From an uncultured virus (IMG/VR IMGVR_UViG_3300031998_000049) (lineage: Duplodnaviria > Heunggongvirae > Uroviricota > Caudoviricetes), in IMG/VR virus record IMGVR_UViG_3300031998_000049: a DNA stretch of 64,000 bases; one strand, given 5' to 3'. Position numbers and translations under genes: made by a program. The notes beneath the pieces are model-generated. The model did no database searches. It saw nothing but the letters and a program-made list of their open reading frames with translations, and was not told where the DNA came from. Position 1 is the first letter of the stretch. Each line of letters begins with the position of its first letter. Positions 17,407-25,800 of this stretch are shown here, in pieces.

Positions 17407-18588
17407 ATGACTTTCGCGTTTTATCCGTTCGACCGCCAGGAGGACATCAGCCCCGCCCGGCAGAAACCCACGCCGCTGCGCCTTGTCATAAACCACGGCG
17501 GCAAGCAATACAGGAAGATGGTGGGCATCAAGGTGCGCCCCTGCGATTTCAAGAAGCAGCGATGCAAGGACGAGGAGATAAACGCCCGGCTGAGGGCGAT
17601 CGAGGTGCGCCTTAACGAGAAATTGACACAGTTTTCCACTCCGGATCAGATAGAGGATGCCATAGCCTATGCGCTGACCGGCGAGGAGCAGAAGAAGAAA
17701 GAGGGTGCGGGTATGTCCCGCCCAAAGTTTTGGGACTATTTCAGAGAATGGGCAGCTCGTGACACGAGGTCTGCGAAAGACCGGAATCTCGCCTACCGGC
17801 GCGTGTCCGAGATTATGGGGACCAGGGAGGACTGGGAGGAGGTCAACGGCGCCTGGTATGTGCGGTTCTCGCATCGGTGCAACGCCCTCAACCTCTCGGC
17901 CAACTACTGCGCCACCCTCGCGGCCAAGGTGAAGTCCGTGCTGATCGAGGGGTACAAACTCGGCTACCACGAATCCCAGGAGTATAGGAAATTCTCGTAT
18001 CGGTGGGAAACGGCGGACTCCATCGCCCTCACGCAAGCGGAGGTGGACGCCCTATGGTCTGCCGACCTGCAAGGCCGGGACGCTATGGCCCGCGACCTCT
18101 TCATCCTTGGAGTCTATACCGCCTCGCGTTTCCAGAACTACTCTCGCCTCTCGGACGCCAACATCGTTAATGGTATGATCCAGTTCGTCCAGCCGAAGAC
18201 CGGCGATGCCGTCATCGTTCCGCTCTCCCCTCGCGTCCGCCAGGTGCTTGAAAGGAACGGAGGGGCGGCGCCCAGGATGACCGAGCAGGAACTTGGCCGT
18301 AGGATGAAAGCTATATGCAAGACGCTGGGCGACTCGTTTCTTGAGACCTACGACACCAGGCAGACCAAGGGCGGCAAGGTCACGGTCAGGAAGATGGCGA
18401 AATGGGAGAAAGTGAGCGCCCACACCGCGAGGAGGACGGGTGCCACCATCCTCCACCTCGCCGGAGTTCCGGACTATCAGTTAATGAAGATCACCGGCCA
18501 CCGTACCATCCAGAACTTCCAGAAGTATCTCCGGATCAGCAAGGAGGAGAACGCGCGGATGCTCGCGTCCATTCCGTTCTTCAAATAA
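17407..18588 (+). CDS. int: phage integrase (tyrosine recombinase with N-terminal arm-binding-like domain)
   Basis: YTASRF, QPKT, HTARR, TGH...F.KY; 393 aa. Confidence 0.9.
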   Translation: MTFAFYPFDRQEDISPARQKPTPLRLVINHGGKQYRKMVGIKVRPCDFKKQRCKDEEINARLRAIEVRLNEKLTQFSTPDQIEDAIAYALTGEEQKKKEGAGMSRPKFWDYFREWAARDTRSAKDRNLAYRRVSEIMGTREDWEEVNGAWYVRFSHRCNALNLSANYCATLAAKVKSVLIEGYKLGYHESQEYRKFSYRWETADSIALTQAEVDALWSADLQGRDAMARDLFILGVYTASRFQNYSRLSDANIVNGMIQFVQPKTGDAVIVPLSPRVRQVLERNGGAAPRMTEQELGRRMKAICKTLGDSFLETYDTRQTKGGKVTVRKMAKWEKVSAHTARRTGATILHLAGVPDYQLMKITGHRTIQNFQKYLRISKEENARMLASIPFFK

Positions 18589-18813
18589 AAGACAGGGGGC
18601 GGTCACGAATCTTTGTCGCGCCGCGTCCCGATTACATTCCACACTTGTGGATGTACTAATGGACGCTTGTTAACTGCCCAAGCGTCCGAAGGCTCTGTAT
18701 GCCACCTACCATCGGTAGAGGTATTGCAAATGTACGAATTTAATTCCTAATAAAGAAAGGGGTGGGAGTACCGGCAAGCCAATCCGACAAGCCTCCGGCA
18801 CTACGCGCACCCC

Positions 18814-19395
18814 TTATTTTTGTAGTATGTTGAATTTCGTACCAACCTGGGCGAAGGGGCCTTTGCCGAGTGATCCGTATTCGTACCCGACAGCGGCATA
18901 TCCTCTCCAGCGTCCGCTAATCTGGCGGTCGTACATCAACCCGGCTCGTGCATTGTAATAGTTGAGCGTGGCGGATGCTTCCGCGAAAGCGGAGAAAGTG
19001 TACTTATAGGGTACTTCTTTCGTAACCGTGTTGGTGATGTAGGTTGTCTTGGGGTACACCTCTATCCACCGCAGGAAGGGTTGTATGCCCTCTATCTCCA
19101 AAGCGAAGTCCTCGTCCTTGTAACCCTTTACCTCCATCTGCATGACCAGGTAGGTGGTGTCGTGCTGATGTATGGTGTCCGTCACTGGGACATAGACAAG
19201 CCGGTCCACATACTTGTACTCCTCGACTGGGTAGTATTCCCGGACGGTATCTACAACTATGGTGGTGTCGTGTTGGGTGTTCCCCGTTCCGTCTGCGAAT
19301 CCTCTCTTGTAGCCCTTGTTTTCGCAATAGATGGCTTCTATCGCGCACCACACAAGGAATACGGCGAGGCCGATAAGGATTGTCTTCGTCTTCAT
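18814..19395 (-). CDS. membrane-anchored lysis-module protein (spanin-like candidate)
   Basis: N-terminal TM, HDT repeats, beta-rich C-terminus; follows lysin. Confidence 0.5.
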   Translation of the reverse strand: MKTKTILIGLAVFLVWCAIEAIYCENKGYKRGFADGTGNTQHDTTIVVDTVREYYPVEEYKYVDRLVYVPVTDTIHQHDTTYLVMQMEVKGYKDEDFALEIEGIQPFLRWIEVYPKTTYITNTVTKEVPYKYTFSAFAEASATLNYYNARAGLMYDRQISGRWRGYAAVGYEYGSLGKGPFAQVGTKFNILQK

Positions 19396-19396
19396 A

Positions 19397-19876
19397 CTAC
19401 TCGACCTTGTAGGTTATCCTGTCACCACGGAGGAAGGCGGGCCAGAGGTAGAAATCCATCAAGTCCTGGTAGGCCCTGACGGAGTTCGCCACATAGTCCG
19501 GTTTGCTGGGGCTAAAGTCGCCGGTGATTTGACACGCCTTCGTGTCTTTCGGCGTGTTTCCGGGGTGGAAAAGAACGCTGTCGAAACCGGGGACATCCAT
19601 GATGTACGGGAATCGCCCTCCGTATTTCTTCGCGTAGGATTTGTCCTTCATCGAGGGGGACACGAGCAACCTGATCTCGTATTCACCCTTGGGTATAGCG
19701 GTCGCGCCATAGACCTTCTTCTTGCGGATTTCGTCTATGGGCATCGACTTGTCGAGACCACGATCCGGCGGTTCGAGGATGTGGCAGAGGAAGCCGCCCT
19801 CCTCGACATAGAGCCGACCGATGGTGGACTTATCGGTGCTTGCGGCGGGATTCCTTTGGTTAGTCAATCGTACCAT
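19397..19876 (-). CDS. putative endolysin (DUF5675-like)
   Basis: STIGRLY...LE..DRGL...TAIPKGEY...VPGF..VLFHPGN..KDT.AC. Confidence 0.7.
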   Translation of the reverse strand: MVRLTNQRNPAASTDKSTIGRLYVEEGGFLCHILEPPDRGLDKSMPIDEIRKKKVYGATAIPKGEYEIRLLVSPSMKDKSYAKKYGGRFPYIMDVPGFDSVLFHPGNTPKDTKACQITGDFSPSKPDYVANSVRAYQDLMDFYLWPAFLRGDRITYKVE

Positions 19877-20037
19877 TACCTTTCTTCTTCTTTGATTTTG
19901 TTCCAGATTCTCCTCTTGTTCATCTTGGAGAAGAACAAGTTGATACGGGCGCCCAGCCTCGTATGGAATACCTCACGATGCTGGATGAGAGCGCCCTTAT
20001 ATCCGATCTCGGCATAGGTCATCACATACTGCTTCAT
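19876..20037 (-). CDS. small basic protein (53 aa, not in ORF track)
   Basis: MKQYVMTYAEIGYKG...KEEER; fills the gap between holin and lysin with TAATG coupling. Confidence 0.6.
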   Translation of the reverse strand: MKQYVMTYAEIGYKGALIQHREVFHTRLGARINLFFSKMNKRRIWNKIKEEER

Positions 20038-20040
20038 ACC

Positions 20041-20550
20041 CTACTTCTTTGTGAATTTACCTGCGCTTGGATCACGGTTCGGCTTGGGTTTAACCACCTC
20101 GCCTACATCAATGTCGCCCGTGTCGATTCCGGCTTTGGCGCCGACGATACGGAGCAACTTGTTCCAGATGTAAGACCAGGAGATAGTCACATCCTTCGTT
20201 TCCGCGTAGTTGCCGATGATACTGGCCATCTCGTTGATGTTCACCGCACCCATCACCAGCCATTCGAGCCATTTGGCCTCGAATGCGCGGGCGGCGGTTG
20301 CGGCGAAGCAGCACCACGCGACATACTCCACAGCCTTGCCGAAGGTCTTCCTAAAAGCCTTACTGAATCGGATTTTGTCGCCGCGATGTCGCGCGGCCTT
20401 GATGCCGTAATTGAGGTCAAGGACGATCAACGGCACGGAGAGAATGAGCCAGGGTATCATAGCAGTTACGGCGTCACGAAAGAATATGACGGCGGTGCTG
20501 CCAATTCCGCTGGAAATGACCGCAGTAATAGTGTTATTTTCCGTTGTCAT
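20041..20550 (-). CDS. holin
   Basis: Several TM segments, DL..GI.AA...FS.A.R.T..K..EY, E..SI..N pattern. Confidence 0.8.
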   Translation of the reverse strand: MTTENNTITAVISSGIGSTAVIFFRDAVTAMIPWLILSVPLIVLDLNYGIKAARHRGDKIRFSKAFRKTFGKAVEYVAWCCFAATAARAFEAKWLEWLVMGAVNINEMASIIGNYAETKDVTISWSYIWNKLLRIVGAKAGIDTGDIDVGEVVKPKPNRDPSAGKFTKK

Positions 20551-20649
20551 AATCTTTTTTGTTTTTTGAAAGTAAATTCTTAAATTCGTGAGCCTTTATA
20601 TTTTAGAAGATAGGGGGTACGCCGCGAGGTGCGCCTCCTTTTTTAGTCT

Positions 20650-20928
20650 TTACACCCCAAGTGCAAGGTCTGCGGTGACGCCAGCGATGGCTCCGGTCAT
20701 GAAATTGACCAAATCCATAACCTTTGTCAAATCGGTAAAATGGGGGTTGTAGTTCCATCCGCCGTCGTCGAGGTAGGCTTCGAAGGAGCCGACGCCCTCT
20801 TTCGTACCGGAGATGGAAGTGAGGTTGAGGTTGCCGTCCGCGTTGAAGTGGCCGGAACCATCGGAGTACGCGAAGTCGCCACGGTAGCTTGTCGCGGCGA
20901 TGTTCGTGATGCAAGAGTAGTTAGGCAT
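20650..20928 (-). CDS. hypothetical virion-module protein
   Basis: 92-aa ORF. Confidence 0.7.
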   Translation of the reverse strand: MPNYSCITNIAATSYRGDFAYSDGSGHFNADGNLNLTSISGTKEGVGSFEAYLDDGGWNYNPHFTDLTKVMDLVNFMTGAIAGVTADLALGV

Positions 20929-20954
20929 TGTGTTTTGAGTTTAAGGGTTAATGA

Positions 20955-21428
20955 TTACTCCTCGGCGGGGGCGACCCAGAGGACGCCTTCGAGGATGTCT
21001 TCTACCGCGCCGGAGAGAAGGTCGCATTTCTTGCCGTAAATCTCCTTCTCGGCGTTTTCGTTCTGGAGCTTGTGCCACTCGTCATAGGGCATCGTCTTGC
21101 AGTCGAGGACGACCTCTTCGTTGAGTGCCGTGGTCAGGAGTTCGTTGAAGCGGTTGATCTTCCCGTTGAGCTCGTCAAGGCGTTTCTTCTGCTCGTCCGT
21201 GGGGTTCTCCGTCTTGCGGAGCGAAACAAGTTCGTCGTCGAAAGCCTGGGGGTCTTCGATGCCAGCTTCTTTGAGGAGGTCGATGCGCTCCTTCTCGAAG
21301 GCTTCGTTCTCGGCGAGGAGGGCCTTGCGGAACTGCACGACCTTGTAGGCGTGCTTGGAATCAAGGGAGTGGGCGGTGATAGTCGCCACACCCCCGTTGA
21401 CAAGGTTGAGTACCTGGAATCGTTTCAT
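20955..21428 (-). CDS. hypothetical protein (possible fibre chaperone)
   Basis: 157 aa helical/acidic, downstream of tail genes. Confidence 0.7.
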   Translation of the reverse strand: MKRFQVLNLVNGGVATITAHSLDSKHAYKVVQFRKALLAENEAFEKERIDLLKEAGIEDPQAFDDELVSLRKTENPTDEQKKRLDELNGKINRFNELLTTALNEEVVLDCKTMPYDEWHKLQNENAEKEIYGKKCDLLSGAVEDILEGVLWVAPAEE

Positions 21429-21431
21429 ACT

Positions 21432-21671
21432 TCACTTCTTGATTTCTCTGGGAGGGAAGAACTTCTTGCCGATCTTGTAGATGGCGAAGCCGTTGTAGAT
21501 GATGTTGACGAGGCCGACCAGCCAGAAAAGGTTGTCCGGGTCCCCGGCTTTGTTGGCGAGGGTGGCGTAGTTGAAGCACCCCACGGAGGAGAGGATTGCG
21601 AGGATGATAAGCCCCGCGAGAAGGAGAACATTCTTAATTTCTTCCATTCTCTGTTTGTTGTCGTCGTTCAT
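21432..21671 (-). CDS. small membrane protein
   Basis: Two TM segments. Confidence 0.7.
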   Translation of the reverse strand: MNDDNKQRMEEIKNVLLLAGLIILAILSSVGCFNYATLANKAGDPDNLFWLVGLVNIIYNGFAIYKIGKKFFPPREIKK

Positions 21672-21690
21672 AATGCTTTATCGTTGGTGA

Positions 21691-22854
21691 TTATGATTGT
21701 TCCATAACAGGCAACGTCTGCTCCTTGTATGCGGAGGCGGAGGTGTATATGCGGATGAGGAAGGTCGTGCCGGTGGCCCACCCACTTGCGTATGTCGCCG
21801 AGAAACTGGCGGGTGTCTGCGTGAGTGTCCCGGCAGTATTCGTGAACGATGCGGATCGCGTGGTCTGGCCGTCCTGCCATATCAGCGAGATATGGTGGTA
21901 CGGGATGTCCGAACTCGTGGCCGATATGGTCAGCGAGATGGTGTCGCGGGCCGCATTCATAATGGCGGTCGTGTCGATGCCCAAGGAGTAGTCGTAGTGG
22001 AATTGCACATACGGCTGCGGAGCGAGGATGTGCGTCCCGGACAAAGGGGAGGAGCCTCCGTTGTATATCGCTCCGCCAGCCGTCTGGGGCTTGAAGAAGA
22101 AGAAGACCACATCGTAGTCTTTCGTCGTTGTAACGGAGTTGAAATAGTCCACGGTCAACGGAAGGTCCGCACTCTCGAAGCACATGATCCATTGAGGCCC
22201 GGAAGCGCCACGCTCCGCGATGGCTATGGCGAAGTAGAAGTCGGAGAGCTTGTAGTAGGCATGGTTGGCGCTCGTGTAGCCGCTCGTGCCGTCGCCCTGC
22301 AAGTCGGAGAGGTCGATTGCGTCTGCGGAGAGCATGACATCACTCGGAAGTTGCACCTTCGGCGGGACATTCCACCTGGTCATCGGGTTCGGGAGAAGGC
22401 GGTAGCCGAATTGGAACTTCGAGGTGGAGCAATACCCCCTCGTGGTGCTGTCCTCGTTGATGAAGTCGTTAGCCCGCTTCGGCTCGGAGGTCTGCGATGC
22501 GCGGGGCGGCTCGTAGGCCCAGCAAAACTCATCCGGGGCGAGCGCAAGTGCCGCAGACCACATCGTTGAGAGCGCGGAATAACCCCTCATCGTGAGGCCG
22601 CAGTTACGAGCCACACGCGCCGCCTCACGCGCCGCTTCGGAAGCGAACGGGACGGTATTATAACAGAACGGCTTGTACCTCGACGCCGCGTTAATCTTGT
22701 TCACCCGGTTTCCGTTCCCGTCGATGTCACAGATGAGTTGCAGATGCGAGTTATTGCCGGAGCGACCGAGTGCGGCCTGGAGGTCGCCGTTCCCATTCGC
22801 GCCTATCTTCGTGAACCCTTTCGTGAGGGTGTTTGTGGTAGGGTCCCAAGCCAT
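21691..22854 (-). CDS. putative tail/structural protein
   Basis: 387 aa beta-rich, directly after tail fibre; IN..SRYKP motif. Confidence 0.65.
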   Translation of the reverse strand: MAWDPTTNTLTKGFTKIGANGNGDLQAALGRSGNNSHLQLICDIDGNGNRVNKINAASRYKPFCYNTVPFASEAAREAARVARNCGLTMRGYSALSTMWSAALALAPDEFCWAYEPPRASQTSEPKRANDFINEDSTTRGYCSTSKFQFGYRLLPNPMTRWNVPPKVQLPSDVMLSADAIDLSDLQGDGTSGYTSANHAYYKLSDFYFAIAIAERGASGPQWIMCFESADLPLTVDYFNSVTTTKDYDVVFFFFKPQTAGGAIYNGGSSPLSGTHILAPQPYVQFHYDYSLGIDTTAIMNAARDTISLTISATSSDIPYHHISLIWQDGQTTRSASFTNTAGTLTQTPASFSATYASGWATGTTFLIRIYTSASAYKEQTLPVMEQS

Positions 22855-22857
22855 AAG

Positions 22858-25800
22858 CTAACTTCTTAATCGTTTCACTTCTTCTTCGAGGTATTTCACT
22901 CTTTCTTTCAATTCCCGTATCTCCGTGTCCTGCTCGGTCTCGTGATTGGCGAGTGTGATGCCGATGACTGTTCCGAGCTGTGCGTAGGCGAGCGAGAGGG
23001 TGTTTCCCTTGTGTACGGCCTCCGGGAGAATGTCGAGCCAATCCTGGGCGATGGAGCCGAAGGAGTGGCCTCCCGTGGTCCAGTCGAAGGTCACGGCCCG
23101 GCACTTCGCAATCTGCTCAACGGTCAACTCGACCGGTTTGAGGTTGGTCTTCATCCGGGCATCGGAAGTGACCACCTGGTCGCCCGTGGACGCTATTACG
23201 CCGGTGACGGAGAGGGTCGCCCCGGAGATGGCCGTGGCAGAGCCGATAACCGCCGTGCCGTAGGCGTAGAGGGTGTTGGAGAAGTCCGACGCACCAATGA
23301 GGACATTCCCGTTGTAGGAAACCCTCATGGCCCGCTTCCAATCCGGCTCGTAAGGGTCGGTCGTGACATTCGAGGAGTAGAAGTTGAGCGCGAGACGGCC
23401 ACGGTTATTGCTGGACGCCGCTTTCTCAACCGCAATCTTGAAGCCGTTGTGGTTGGCGCTCGAACTCTTGAACAGGATGGTCGCGCCGTCGGTATTGTCG
23501 CCCGTTCCGCGCAAGGTGAGGGTGGGGCCGTTGGCCTTTATAAGCATCATCTCCTGCGCGTACACATTCCAGAGGCGGTTGTTGTCCGCCGACGAGGAAT
23601 CGACATAGCCGAGATTGTACCCGCCGTTGGAGCCGGGCCGGATGTCCGTAGCCGTGAAGATGGCCGTGGAGTTCGCCGCGCTCAACGAGGAATTGGCGAC
23701 CACATTGAGTTGCCCGTTGGCGGGGATTTGCAGGTAGTTGTACCCCTCGCGGGCGAAGACGATCTTGGAGCTTGCGTTGGTCGCAGAAAGAGCGAAGTTC
23801 AACGCGGTGATAGTTCCGGTCGCCGTTTCCGTGGTGGTGCTGATGCCGCCATTGAGGGTGGCGAGGCCGCTCGCCGTAAGGGTGCCAGCCGCCGTGAGGT
23901 TGAGCGCCGACCAGCTTACGGAAAGGAGGTTCGCGTTCGCCTCGTCGAAAATCGTGTACTCGTTGTAGCCGGACGCGGTGTTCGAGGTGTACCTTCTGTG
24001 TTTGAGGTCCATATCGCCGGACCGGATGAGGAAAGCGGAGGACACCTGGTAGCCGGGGCCGCAATAGAACACGCCGGTGGACGAGAGGCCGAGCATGGCC
24101 CAAGTGCCGGTGGAATCCATGATCTGCTTCCCGTCGGTCATGTTGATGCTACCCGTCATCGTGCCGCCGGAGAGCGGGAGGTAGGTGCCGTTACCCGCAT
24201 CGAGCAAGCCGGTGATGACGGACTTCGTGAGATTGGCGCTGTCGTAGATGAGATGCCAGTCGTCGCCCCATTGCTCGCTATTGCGGACGCGGAACCAGAG
24301 GCTCTTCGTCGGGGTCGTCCCGGTGTAGTTGCCGTTCCACGCGAATTGCATCGCGCCCGTCTCCGATGAATGGGCGTTGATCTGCCACGCCGCGCCGAAG
24401 TAGCCGATGCCGCTCGGTGCGTGATTCCAGTAGCCTTGATTCCAGACATTCCTGGTGATGCCACCTCCGGCCAGGATGGTGTTGAGGTCGATGGCATCTG
24501 CGGATTGCGTCGGGGTGACATACTTCGGTCGCTCGGTCATCGTTGCGAACGGAACGGTGATGTAGCTCGTTGACCCCGCTTTCGTGATGGCAAGCTCTGT
24601 TGTATGCCCGGAGCCGCCGACGGCGACATTCGACACCGTGTTCGCCGTGGTGGAGTATTCCTTGTTGGCCAGCCATGAGGCGAGGGTGGCGGGCGCCCAC
24701 ACCATCTTATCGGTCGAGGGCGTCCCTGCGTTCAAGTTCGCCTCCGTACCTTCCGTGGTCACGCCGACGGAACTCGCCGCGACATTCACCCAGGCGTTGC
24801 CGTTCCATTGGAGGAGGTTGGTATTTGCGAGGTTCGTGAGGGTCACATCGTTGAGGTCCGCGAGGAAGGACGCGCCGCCGCCACCGCCGCCGGGGGTGCC
24901 GGAAAGCACTATTTGGTCCCCGTCGGTCACGAGCGGTGCGTTGATATGGACATAGCCGTTGCCGGAGTTGTCAACATACTCGATGTAGATACCATCGGCA
25001 AGGTACACCTTCTTCGTGTATAACTCCTTCCAATACCTGTTGGCATTTCCGAGCTTGTAGTTATTGTCCACATTGGGAATCGTGTCGAGGCTCATTGTGA
25101 TGGCCGACTGCGAAACCGAAAGGCGGGAGGTCAAGGTCGAGGTGCCGGTACGGATATAGACGGACTTGCCTTCGAGGTAGGAATCATAGGAGTTGTTCGC
25201 TACCCCGCGCCCGATGATGAAGATGTTCCCGGAGGTCAGCTTGATGCAGTCGATTGCTGTCGGGTCGCCCTCCGAAGGGTTGTTCATCCACTTTAAGACG
25301 CCAGCGTTTGCAAGGATGACCGACTTGTCGTATTTGATGCGGAGGGTTTCGTACCAATCCGGGGAATACGGAGAGGTTCGGTTGTTCGACGCCGAAAACA
25401 CGATGTCGGTGAGGTCGTAGGAAGTGCTTCCGGCGACCGCAGAAATCTTCGCGCCGTTCCGTATCTGCGTCCCGTGCGGATTGAAGACGATCTCGCCAGA
25501 AGCGGCGTTGTGCGTGGAACCCTGGATGTTCAACGCGCCGCCGCCGGACTTCTTGATGGTCAGGTCGCCGGTCATGGTGTCCCCGGCCTTCAGGACATAA
25601 GTGTCCGCCGCAGATGACGTGGTAAGGTAGGTGTTGGAATCCACGCTGCCGTCCGCCTTGAGGAACTGCGCCGATGTGCCGCCGCGCTTCACGAAAGACC
25701 CCGCTTTCAATGCGCCGGTGTTCGGGTTGTATGTCAGGCCCTTGTCCGCATCGACATTGTAGTAGCGGAGGTTGGCATCATCCCCGTTCGCCCCGAAGTA